DNA of 64,000 nucleotides from Candidatus Veblenbacteria bacterium. Lineage in GTDB: Bacteria > Patescibacteriota > Patescibacteriia > Veblenbacterales > UBA10138. The translations under genes were made by a program, and so were the position numbers. The notes beneath the pieces are model-generated. The model was not told the DNA's origin and ran no database searches. It saw nothing but the letters and a program-made list of their open reading frames with translations. Of this stretch, positions 10,248 to 18,628 are shown in pieces; the stretch's first letter is position 1, and the number at the start of each line of letters is the position of its first letter. The stretch lies in assembly GCA_037439965.1 (NCBI GenBank), contig JBBIVB010000001.1, positions 31,895 through 95,894 of the forward strand. The letters are read 5' to 3'.

Positions 10248-10628
10248 ATGGAAAAACAGCGCTGGTGGAGCCTATTAACCTCAAATTTATTTATATTAAT
10301 AGCGCTGACGGCGGTGCTTATTATAGCCATAGCGTTAGTTAAAAGCTTCATTCGTCGCCAAGAGTTAGCTCAAGAAATAGCTAAGATTAAAAATGACATT
10401 TCTGTTTACCGAACTAAACAAGAGGAACTGTCTAATTTAATTACTTATTTACAAAGCAGTGAATTTAAAGAAAAAGAAGCTAGGTTAAAATTTAATTTAA
10501 AAAAGCCAAATGAGCATGTAGTAGTACTGCCAAACGATGAGCAAAATAAAAAAATCGTCAACGAACCAACTACCTCAGCTAACCTAGCTAATTGGCAAAA
10601 ATGGTGGAATTATTTTTTTAACAAATAA
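10248..10628 (+). CDS. Septum formation initiator family protein (FtsB/DivIC-like)
   Basis: Single N-terminal TM helix, then a coiled coil, then the KEKEARLKFNLKKPNEHVVVL motif typical of FtsB/DivIC. An extended -10 (TGtTATAAT) lies 11 nt upstream of the ATG, with no obvious SD. Confidence 0.5.
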   Translation: MEKQRWWSLLTSNLFILIALTAVLIIAIALVKSFIRRQELAQEIAKIKNDISVYRTKQEELSNLITYLQSSEFKEKEARLKFNLKKPNEHVVVLPNDEQNKKIVNEPTTSANLANWQKWWNYFFNK

Positions 10629-10657
10629 CAATATTTTAACAAATAACAATATAAAAT

Positions 10658-11791
10658 ATGACATCTAAAACTACGCCTAACAGTAAAAAAATTCTACAGG
10701 AATTAAATCAATATACCGAGCAAAAAGAAACCTCTCATGATATTGAACGCTTTGTTAAAGAAGAACCTATTAAAAAAGTTGTTAAACCAAAATTCTGGGA
10801 CGGTAAAATAAAAAAATTAGCTGAGACTATAAAATCAGCAACTACTGATAAAACTAATGATAAATCTACTAGCAACGCTACTAAACACAAAATCCATTAT
10901 ACTAAATATTTAACTTATGCTTTGGTAATAGTGGTATTGCTATTTATTGTTTACAGTTGTTTATTCTTACTATTTAGAATAGATAGACAATATCCTAAAA
11001 GTTCGCAGTTTAATGTTTTGCCTATTGGTTTAGTAGATGGTGAGATGGTGTGGTTTAATGATTTAAATCAAGACGTTAGAACACTTTTGGCTTTTTATCA
11101 AAAAAATTATGACAACGGCACTTTAACTCAAATACCCCCTCAAGCTGAAATAGAAAAAGCGGTTTGGGAAAGAATAGTCAGTGAAATAACTATTAAACAT
11201 TTTGCTCAGCATAATAATATAGCAGTCACCCCTGTTGAAATTACTAATGAAGTAGAAAATATCATTAGGGAGTTCGGTAGCCGAGGAGAGTTAGAAAATT
11301 TTATTAAAAAGAATTATATTTGGAATCTTAATCAATTTGAGAAAAAAATTATTGCTCCATATCTATTACGTAATAAGGTAATTTTATGGTTTGAACAGAA
11401 AGAATCTGTTAAAACTTCAGTGACACAACTAGCTGAACAAATTTACCAGGATATAATTGCTAACAAAATAACTTTTAGTGAAGCTAATGATAAATATTCA
11501 AAAGATTCAGCTGCCAAATCAAGAGGTGGTAGTTTGGGAACATTTACGTGGGGAACAATGGTGCCGGAGTTTGAACAAGCCTTAAAACAACTAAAAGTAG
11601 GGGAGATTAGTAAACCGGTGCAAACTGAATTTGACTGGCATATTATCCGCCGAGATCCATTGCCAGCTGAAGAAACAGACACCACTAAAGTAGCGGCCAG
11701 TCATATTTTAATTACTGCTTTTGATTTCGATGAATGGCTAAAAACTGAACGTGGCAAAAATAATGTCGTCCTTTGGCTACGTATACCTTAA
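10658..11791 (+). CDS. Membrane-anchored PpiC-type (parvulin) peptidyl-prolyl cis-trans isomerase, PrsA/SurA-like
   Basis: TM helix near residues 85-105. C-terminal SKDSAAKSRGGSLGTFTWGTMVPEFEQA...WHIIRR matches the parvulin rotamase domain. Confidence 0.6.
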   Translation: MTSKTTPNSKKILQELNQYTEQKETSHDIERFVKEEPIKKVVKPKFWDGKIKKLAETIKSATTDKTNDKSTSNATKHKIHYTKYLTYALVIVVLLFIVYSCLFLLFRIDRQYPKSSQFNVLPIGLVDGEMVWFNDLNQDVRTLLAFYQKNYDNGTLTQIPPQAEIEKAVWERIVSEITIKHFAQHNNIAVTPVEITNEVENIIREFGSRGELENFIKKNYIWNLNQFEKKIIAPYLLRNKVILWFEQKESVKTSVTQLAEQIYQDIIANKITFSEANDKYSKDSAAKSRGGSLGTFTWGTMVPEFEQALKQLKVGEISKPVQTEFDWHIIRRDPLPAEETDTTKVAASHILITAFDFDEWLKTERGKNNVVLWLRIP

Positions 11792-11821
11792 AATTATGGA
11801 CTTATATAATCAACTTTAATC

Positions 11822-11895
11822 TGGAGCCCCCTGCCAGAATCGAACTGACGTATGTGGTTTACGATACCACTGTTCTGCCACTGAACTAAGGGGGC
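11822..11895 (-). tRNA. tRNA-Thr (anticodon CGT), CCA encoded
   Basis: The reverse complement folds as a cloverleaf: acceptor GCCCCCT/AGGGGGC, anticodon stem GTGGT/ACCAC with loop ATCGTAA, T-arm GTTCGATTC, 3' UCCA. Confidence 0.8.
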
Positions 11896-12003
11896 TATTA
11901 ATGATATCAGCCTTAGTTTGATTTGCTCTTCGGGCGAAAGAAGTGGAATATTAAGTTCAAAGACTGGACACTTCTTACTTAGCCGTTCCCTTTAAGAAGT
12001 AGA

Positions 12004-12077
12004 TGGAGCGGGTAACGGGACTCGAACCCGTCTATCAACCTTGGGAAGGTCGCGTAATACCCCTATACTATACCCGC
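12004..12077 (-). tRNA. tRNA-Gly (anticodon CCC), CCA encoded
   Basis: The reverse complement has acceptor GCGGGTA/TACCCGC, U8-A9, anticodon stem CGACC/GGTTG with loop TTCCCAA, T-arm GGTTCGAGTCC, discriminator U plus CCA. Confidence 0.8.
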
Positions 12078-12202
12078 CTGTGTCTACTTTACTGGATGGA
12101 AGAAGCGAACATACTAACTAATTATACTAATTTCCTTCCCCTAAAAAATAAACCAGTCTAACAGGATTATAATCAATAAATCATAAATAAGCAATACTAA
12201 AA

Positions 12203-12889
12203 ATGCCTTTGATCGACTTTAGGAATGTAAGTAAAATATACCTAGGCAACCTAGAGGTTGTTAAGGGTGTTAATTTATCTATTGAAGATGGTGAGTTTGT
12301 TTCTATTGTTGGCCAATCTGGGGCTGGTAAAACTACTTTAATTCGTATGTTGATTGTTGAGGAAAAAGTAAGCCGGGGTCGTATTGTAGTAGGGGATTGG
12401 GATATTACTCATATTAAAAATCGGGAAATTCCTATTTTACGCAAACAAATCGGCGTAGTATTTCAAGATTTTAAATTATTGCAGCGCAAAACCGTTAGCG
12501 AAAACGTAGCCTTTGCTTTAGAGGTTTCAGGAGTGAAAACTAATAAAATAAAAGCCTTAGTGCCACAATTATTACATATTGTAGGTTTAGAGGATAAAGC
12601 TTCACGTTGGCCTAAAGAGCTGTCGGGCGGCGAACAGCAACGGGTCGCTATAGCACGCGCTTTAGCTCACCGCCCTAAAATTTTAGTAGCTGATGAACCA
12701 ACCGGCGATCTTGATTCTATTAACACCAAAGAAATTATAGTCCTTTTGCAAAAAATCAACGAATTTGGCACCACTGTTATTTTAGTAACCCACAATAAAG
12801 AGGTGGTTAATATGCTAAAAAAACGAGTGGTTACTATGGATCATGGAGAAATTATCTCCGACCAAGAGCGTGGTCGTTATCTTATTTAA
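12203..12889 (+). CDS. ftsE: Cell division ATP-binding protein FtsE
   Basis: 228 aa ABC ATPase with Walker A GQSGAGKTT, LSGGEQQRVAIARAL signature, and FtsE-typical size and N-terminus. Confidence 0.85.
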   Translation: MPLIDFRNVSKIYLGNLEVVKGVNLSIEDGEFVSIVGQSGAGKTTLIRMLIVEEKVSRGRIVVGDWDITHIKNREIPILRKQIGVVFQDFKLLQRKTVSENVAFALEVSGVKTNKIKALVPQLLHIVGLEDKASRWPKELSGGEQQRVAIARALAHRPKILVADEPTGDLDSINTKEIIVLLQKINEFGTTVILVTHNKEVVNMLKKRVVTMDHGEIISDQERGRYLI

Positions 12890-12892
12890 TTT

Positions 12893-13810
12893 ATGTTATT
12901 ATTATCTTTTTATCGCATTTTAAAATTCGGACTGCAAAATTTTGTCCGTAATTTTTGGTTGTCCTTAGTAACTATCACTATTATTACTTTAAGTTTGTTG
13001 TCGGTTAGTATTTTAGGATTGATAACAATTATCTCACAAAAAGCGCTGGATAACTTAGAGCAAAAAATAGATATTGGCGTATATTTAAAACCAAAATTAA
13101 CCGAAAGGCAAATTTTAGATTTAAAAAGCGAAGTAGAATCATTGCCCGGTGTTAAAGCTGTAGCTTATATTACAGCTGATGAAGCTTTGCAAAAATTTAA
13201 AGAAAAATACCAAAACAATGAACAAATAGGGGAGGCGCTGATACTTTTAGGTGTAAATCCTTTGGGTGCCAGTTTGCGCATTAAAGCCTTTTCTGATAAA
13301 GATTACCAAACTGTGCTAGATACTTTAGAAAACGAACGCTACCAAGATTTAATCCAAGAAGCTAGATTTGAGGATTATCGCCAAGTGATTAGTGGCCTTA
13401 ATGAACTAACCTTAAAGGTTAAACGTGCAGGGATATTTACTAGTTTGATTTTCTTGATTATTGCACTATTAGTTGTCTTTAACACCATTCGTATTAATAT
13501 TTATACCCAACGCGAAGAAATTGAAATAAAACGCTTAGTAGGCGCTACTAATGCTTTTATTCGCGGCCCCTTTACTATAGAGAGTATTTTGTATGCTTTA
13601 CTTGCCACTCTTTTAACCGCGTTGATTTTCTGTATTTCCTTGCGCTGGATAGACCCTTATGTCAGTACACTTTTTAACGGTTCTGACTTTAGCCTAACAA
13701 CTTATTTTCAACAATATGGCTTAATATTTTTCGGCACGCAGTTTTTAAGCGCCACTATTTTAAATATCCTAGCTTCTTATGTTGCTATGCGGCGGTATTT
13801 AAAAGTATAG
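12893..13810 (+). CDS. ftsX: Cell division permease FtsX
   Basis: Directly downstream of ftsE, 305 aa, four TM segments with a large periplasmic loop, and the KRLVGATNAFIRGPF motif. Confidence 0.75.
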   Translation: MLLLSFYRILKFGLQNFVRNFWLSLVTITIITLSLLSVSILGLITIISQKALDNLEQKIDIGVYLKPKLTERQILDLKSEVESLPGVKAVAYITADEALQKFKEKYQNNEQIGEALILLGVNPLGASLRIKAFSDKDYQTVLDTLENERYQDLIQEARFEDYRQVISGLNELTLKVKRAGIFTSLIFLIIALLVVFNTIRINIYTQREEIEIKRLVGATNAFIRGPFTIESILYALLATLLTALIFCISLRWIDPYVSTLFNGSDFSLTTYFQQYGLIFFGTQFLSATILNILASYVAMRRYLKV

Positions 13811-14038
13811 GTAAATCTTTATAAATAAAATTCCCAGGCTGATTATAAACCAGGAAATTTTGATTTTCATTTTATTTCAAAAAAGCTACATAACAAAGGA
13901 TAATCAAAACTACGGTTATAATTATTATCATCTTAAACTCCTAATTGTTAATTTTTCGATTTTTATTATTTTTAAAATATTATGATATCTTACTTACTAG
14001 AGTCAAGTTAAACTTTTTGTTATTATTTATTTAGCCAC

Positions 14039-14067
14039 CTTGACGTGAAGTCTAAATTAAATTATCA
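14039..14067 (+). promoter_or_regulatory. Sigma70-like promoter for tRNA-Gln (TTGACG-17-TATCAT)
   Basis: -35 TTGACG at 14039-14044, a 17-nt spacer, and -10 TATCAT at 14062-14067, placed 17 nt before the tRNA 5' end. Confidence 0.35.
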
Positions 14068-14084
14068 TAAGCACGTTATTTTGG

Positions 14085-14158
14085 TGGGGGATCGTCTAAA
14101 GGTAGGACACCACCCTTTGGAGGTGGGTATCGTGGTTCGAGTCCACGTCCCCCAGCCA
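14085..14158 (+). tRNA. tRNA-Gln (anticodon TTG), CCA encoded
   Basis: Acceptor UGGGGGA/UCCCCCA with a U1:A72 pair and G73 discriminator (known GlnRS identity elements). Anticodon stem CCACC/GGTGG with loop CTTTGGA, T-arm GGTTCGAGTCC, 3' GCCA. Confidence 0.8.
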
Positions 14159-14170
14159 ATTAGTAAAGTT

Positions 14171-14260
14171 TCGATTTTTCGCCTCGCCCGAATGTTTCGC
14201 ATTTTGCGGGATCAGAAATCAGCGTCCGGATTTTCGCGGAAAAAAGTTCGGATTTTGTTC
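14171..14260 (+). repeat. Array of four direct repeats of a 13-14 nt motif (TCG-N-ATTTT-SCGS) immediately 3' of tRNA-Gln
   Basis: tcgatttttcgcc (14171), tcgcattttgcgg (14197), ccggattttcgcgg (14226) and ttcggattttgttc (14247), spaced 22-29 bp apart. Confidence 0.5.
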
Positions 14261-14292
14261 AAGAGACACAGCCTTTTACTGTCTAGGGCTAT

Positions 14293-14509
14293 AATAAAAG
14301 ATAAGGAGGAAAAAATTTTAGTTTGCCGCAACAAGGGCAAGGATTATTATTTTTTCCATGGCGGTCATATAGAATTTGGTGAATCCTCAAAGCAAGCTTT
14401 ACAACGCGAACTTAGGGAGGAGTTGGGTTTAACTGCGGATAGCTTTACCTTTTTTATCAAACACAGGTTCGCGAAATTACTACTAAAAGTTTGGAAATCT
14501 GATATATAA
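14293..14509 (+). pseudogene. Nudix hydrolase remnant (Nudix box only)
   Basis: Translates KILVCRNKGKDYYFFHGGHIEFGESSKQALQRELREELGL, the GX5EX7REUXEEXGU Nudix box. No in-frame canonical start follows the AGGAGG upstream. Only about 27 aa follow the box. The annotated upstream ORF portion overlaps tRNA-Gln. Confidence 0.45.
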
Positions 14510-14748
14510 TAAATAAAAAATATGACAGAAAATAATGAAACTAAACCAAAATGTTGCCGATGTGACCAAATATGGTAAATTCTACCAAAAATATTTTCAT
14601 CTGCTTTAAAGCGCTGGTAATCTCAAGTGTTACATACTAACCATTATTTTATTAATTTATATTTTATTAATTTAGTTTATTACTATAATGTAGCTTATTT
14701 TAAATTAAGCAAGGTTGATTTTTGTATAGGGAGACGTAAAATAGGGGT

Positions 14749-15006
14749 ATGAACGAGACCGAAATTTCCAAAGAAATAGAATCCATCAAGGAGCGTAATA
14801 GAAAAGTGGAGTTAGATAAAGCTTGGGAATTATCATGGACTAGACGGTTGTTAATTCTTATTGGCACCTATATTCTGGCAGGAGTATGGCTTGAGATAAT
14901 TAAAGCTAATAATCCGTGGCAAAATGCCTTTGTACCAACATTTGGGTATTTATTATCAACCTTTACTATACCAATTGTTAAAAAGTGGTGGGTAAAAAAT
15001 AGATAG
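14749..15006 (+). CDS. Small hypothetical membrane protein (two predicted TM helices)
   Basis: 85 aa ORF with a charged N-terminus followed by two hydrophobic stretches. No family recognised. Confidence 0.4.
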   Translation: MNETEISKEIESIKERNRKVELDKAWELSWTRRLLILIGTYILAGVWLEIIKANNPWQNAFVPTFGYLLSTFTIPIVKKWWVKNR

Positions 15007-15237
15007 AATTATTTTTACTAAAAGCGGATAGAGGAACCCGCCAAAGGCGAATATTTCGGGGCGCAACGTGCCAAGCAGTGCATATATTTTATGTACTAAT
15101 TTTAACTTGACTTTTATTTATAATGATATAAAGTTATGATAGCTGAAATAAACAAAAAATCGTAAATTTGGCTAAAAACCTAGTTTTTTGTACTTTAATA
15201 ATTCATTAAAACCTTAACAAACTCCTTGGAGGATATA

Positions 15238-16704
15238 ATGAAAAATATATTCTTTGTAATTGTTTTGCTGTTTTTATTAAACTCGCTGGTCCTAGCCCAA
15301 GATCCGGCTGTTAATTACATTCAGGCCTTTCCGGAAAAAAGTATGGTAAAAACAGGACAGGAATTTGATGTACTGGTTCGTATTAATACCGGTAAGCTAT
15401 CTGTATATTCCGCCAGCTTTATCCTGGATTATGGCGATACTTATAATCTGGATGTCGTCAGTGTTTCAGGGGGCGATTTCCTGGGCAGTGATACATTATT
15501 TGCAGCTATTATCAAAGAAGCAAACAGTGATGTTCATATTTCTATCTCTCAAAAAGGTGAGGCTTCAGGTAATGTTGGCATCGGCACTTTGGCTATAGTA
15601 AGATTCCGCGCCAATAACGCCGCTAATATGGATATACGAACAGTTAATCTTTATTGCTTTGAGTTAGACATACGTGATCCCAATACTAAAGTTCTTAATA
15701 TTAGTAATACTTCTAGCCAACTGACTATTGCCGAGACTTTTGTCTGGCCAGGTGATGCTGACAACAACGGTATGGTTAACGAAGCAGATATTCTGCAAAT
15801 TGGTTTGCATTTTAACCAAACCGGTAATGCACGACCTAATGCTAGTTTTGATTGGAAAGCTCAACCAATGTCGTTTTGGAATGATACTACAGCGATGTAT
15901 GTTGACGCTACAGGGGACGGCAGAATCAAAATAAATGATATGCCAGCAATAGGATTTAATTACGGATTAACACACTTTAGTATAATGCCTATAACTTCCC
16001 CTTTGATACTACTAGACAAAATCGCGGCGGATAACAAGCTTTATGCTATTGCTAATCGTGTTGGTAATGAGGTTACCGTTTCAGTAATTGCTAAGGCGGC
16101 GCAAGATTTATTCGGCATCTCCTTTAAGATATTTTATAATCCTGCTGAGCTTTCCTTTATTGACGCTTATAATGGCGAATATATGCCCGGCGGTATCTTT
16201 TTTAAACATGTGGACACTAATCAAGGTTTACTAGCTTCTGCCGTAACTTTGACCAGAGGTGAAGATGGGGTAACAGATACTAAAAGCGTAATGATAGCGC
16301 GATTTAATATGCTAGACAATGATCTGAACTTACATTTCCAGGATGTTGTAGCGTATAACACTGCGGGTAATCGTATAGAATTTGAAGTTACTGATTTATC
16401 CGAAGTATTGGGGGTAAAAGATGAGATAGCGCCGACTGAATATTCATTGGCACAAAATTATCCCAATCCGTTTAATCCCACTACAACAATCAGGTATACA
16501 TTACCACGGGCTTCAACAGTAACGTTGATCATCTATAATGTTCTTGGTCAGAAAGTAATTTCTTTGGTAAATAGCCACCAAAATCCTGGAACTTACACAG
16601 TTCCGGTTAATGCTTCAGAACTATCTGATGGTATATATTTCTATACTTTGAGTGCCGGAGCCGGAACATTCACACAAACAAAAACAATGATGTTGGTTAA
16701 GTAA
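15238..16704 (+). CDS. Secreted cohesin/dockerin-like protein with a type IX secretion system C-terminal sorting domain (Por_Secre_tail-type CTD)
   Basis: GGAGG RBS 6 nt upstream of the ATG at 15238. Signal peptide MKNIFFVIVLLFLLNSLVLAQDP. Dockerin-like DADNNGMVNEADIL and DATGDGRIKINDM repeats. C-terminus LAQNYPNPFNPTTTIRYTLP...LIIYNVLGQKV...SDGIYFYTL matches the T9SS CTD consensus. Codon usage is visibly richer in CTG/CCG/GGC/GCC than in flanking genes. Confidence 0.7.
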   Translation: MKNIFFVIVLLFLLNSLVLAQDPAVNYIQAFPEKSMVKTGQEFDVLVRINTGKLSVYSASFILDYGDTYNLDVVSVSGGDFLGSDTLFAAIIKEANSDVHISISQKGEASGNVGIGTLAIVRFRANNAANMDIRTVNLYCFELDIRDPNTKVLNISNTSSQLTIAETFVWPGDADNNGMVNEADILQIGLHFNQTGNARPNASFDWKAQPMSFWNDTTAMYVDATGDGRIKINDMPAIGFNYGLTHFSIMPITSPLILLDKIAADNKLYAIANRVGNEVTVSVIAKAAQDLFGISFKIFYNPAELSFIDAYNGEYMPGGIFFKHVDTNQGLLASAVTLTRGEDGVTDTKSVMIARFNMLDNDLNLHFQDVVAYNTAGNRIEFEVTDLSEVLGVKDEIAPTEYSLAQNYPNPFNPTTTIRYTLPRASTVTLIIYNVLGQKVISLVNSHQNPGTYTVPVNASELSDGIYFYTLSAGAGTFTQTKTMMLVK

Positions 16705-16728
16705 CAAGTGCTTAACATAAATTTCAGG

Positions 16729-16771
16729 CACCTTAATACAATTCTAATACAATTGTATTAGGGTGTTTTTG
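16729..16771 (+). terminator. Intrinsic terminator (15-bp stem, 7-nt loop, TTTTTG) after the T9SS-CTD gene
   Basis: CACCTTAATACAATT-ctaatac-AATTGTATTAGGGTG followed by TTTTTG. Confidence 0.55.
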
Positions 16772-16839
16772 TAAACTTTAAGTAGTTTCCTTCGTTTAAT
16801 TAATTGACTTAAATTACAAAAAACTATATAATTATCTCT

Positions 16840-17790
16840 ATGCTAAAATTTAATAAAACAATTATTATAGTTATCGTGTTAATAGTTGGTATCAGTTTAG
16901 CTGATTATTTTATTTTTAACAGCAAAATCGCTGAATGGGAAAAAAAATTAAACCAAAGTATTAAAGAAAACCAAACTCTGGCTAATCAAATAGCTTCATT
17001 AACCGAAGCTTATAATAAACTACTAGCTACCTCTACGCAAACTACTAACACTAATAACACTAATAAAGTTAATAAAGAAAAAACACAGGAGCAGCTTTTA
17101 ACCGAAGCTGTTAGTAAAGTGGCACCGGCAGTAGTTTCTATTGTTATTACCAAAGATGTACCACAACTTGAAGTAGTATATATTAATCCTTTTGGTGATG
17201 ACCCATTTTTTAAAGATTTTAATATCCGTGTGCCGCAATATAGACAAAAAGGCACTGCTGAGCAAAAAGTAGGAGCTGGCACTGGTTTTATTGTTAAATC
17301 TTCTGGCTATATTATTACCAATCGCCATGTGGTTAATGATCAAAATGCGCACTATACTGTACTGTTAACTGACGGCAGCCAAAAATCAGCTCAAGTTATA
17401 TATCGTGATAATGATCTTGATTTAGCTATTTTAAAAATTGAGGGCAATAATTATTCTACTGTGACTTTTGGCAATTCCGACACCTTAAAACTTGGTCAGT
17501 CAGTTTTTGCTATAGGCAACGCATTGGGAGAATATAACAACTCGGTTTCGGTAGGTATTATTTCTGGTTTAAATCGTGACATTACTGCTTTTGGTGGCAG
17601 TAAATCAGAAAAATTACAAGGAGTTATTCAAACTGATGCTGCTATAAACCCTGGAAATTCTGGCGGACCATTAGTTAATTTAAACAGTGAAGTGATTGGT
17701 ATTAATGTGGCTATGGCTTCAGGAGAAAACATTGGTTTTGCTATTCCGATTAATGCTGTTAAAGCCATTATTAACTCTCAAATAAAATAA
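16840..17790 (+). CDS. Trypsin-like serine protease, S1C (HtrA/DegP-like) catalytic domain without PDZ, membrane anchored
   Basis: N-terminal TM helix, catalytic triad contexts ITNRHVV, DLDLAILKI and GNSGGPL, 316 aa. Confidence 0.75.
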   Translation: MLKFNKTIIIVIVLIVGISLADYFIFNSKIAEWEKKLNQSIKENQTLANQIASLTEAYNKLLATSTQTTNTNNTNKVNKEKTQEQLLTEAVSKVAPAVVSIVITKDVPQLEVVYINPFGDDPFFKDFNIRVPQYRQKGTAEQKVGAGTGFIVKSSGYIITNRHVVNDQNAHYTVLLTDGSQKSAQVIYRDNDLDLAILKIEGNNYSTVTFGNSDTLKLGQSVFAIGNALGEYNNSVSVGIISGLNRDITAFGGSKSEKLQGVIQTDAAINPGNSGGPLVNLNSEVIGINVAMASGENIGFAIPINAVKAIINSQIK

Positions 17791-18136
17791 CCATCTAAAG
17801 CACCTTGTATAAAAACTCCGCTGGAGATTATTACCCAGGGAGTGAATATTTGATTATAATTTTTCATTAATTTAATAAACCAGCACAAAACAATTATTAT
17901 CAGATAAAACACATACCAAAAGCAAGCACAAAAATTCTTAGCAATCAAGTCGTGTAATAATACTGGCTGAATAAATAGTATTTCAAATAATAAATTACCA
18001 AGTCAAATTAAAAGGTAAGCTGCCAAAGCCAAATCAACAATTCATTAATTTTTATTATTTTTCCTTATTCATTGTTTGTTTTATAATTAATTTTGTTTAG
18101 CTATCTTTAGTAATTAATATTTATCTAGTCAAAAAA

Positions 18137-18296
18137 ATGGCCTATAAGATTTTTAAATTAATATTAGCTATTGTGTTATGTGAACTAGCGGTGGTTGTTG
18201 GTTCATTTTTTTACTAACCTTAATATTGCAAGTTGGTATGCTGAATTAATTAAACCAAGTTTTAATCCGCCTAATTGGTATTTGACATTATCTTAA
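18137..18296 (+). pseudogene. TspO/MBR (tryptophan-rich sensory protein) N-terminal remnant, frameshifted and truncated
   Basis: Frame a gives MAYKIFKLILAIVLCELAVVVGSFFY-stop. The next frame gives NLNIASWYAELIKPSFNPPNWYLTLS-stop. The WY..L.KPSFNPPNW motif is the conserved TspO N-terminal signature and the remaining ~100 aa are absent. Confidence 0.5.
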
Positions 18297-18355
18297 TCTT
18301 ACTTGGATAAATTTTATTGCAGTGCTTAATTTTGTTATTTGGTAAATAAATTAAT

Positions 18356-18628
18356 ATGAAAAAAAATTTTTATCTGGCGGCTTTTACTTTTTTAGGTTTC
18401 TTGTGTCAGTTTTTAATCCATGCCGTTCTCGAAATTTGGTATATTAAATTATTACTTTTGGATTTTAACCGTTATGGTTTTGGCTGGTCTTGGACTACCT
18501 GGTACCATATTCACGCAACAGCTACTTGGGTTTTAATAATTTTAGGATTAGTGCTAGGCTACGTTCTGGGAAAATATGGATGGGGTAAAGTTTATGAAAG
18601 CAGCCGGAAAAATAATTTTAGCAAATAA
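18356..18628 (+). CDS. Hypothetical small membrane protein
   Basis: 90 aa ORF with two hydrophobic helices. It overlaps the 5' end of the following GT2 ORF in another frame, and it may be non-coding. Confidence 0.3.
   Translation: MKKNFYLAAFTFLGFLCQFLIHAVLEIWYIKLLLLDFNRYGFGWSWTTWYHIHATATWVLIILGLVLGYVLGKYGWGKVYESSRKNNFSK

Noticed and set aside
14045-14509. 154-aa ORF in the six-frame track
   Set aside because: Its first ~40 codons are the tRNA-Gln gene and promoter read as protein. Only the 3' third has protein-like (Nudix box) content, so I annotated that part as a Nudix pseudogene instead.
15365-15934. Plus/minus alternative-frame ORFs inside the T9SS-CTD gene (15365-15598, 15728-15934, 15664-15864)
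   Set aside because: They are nested in a well-supported longer ORF with signal peptide and domain structure. They are alternative-frame artefacts.
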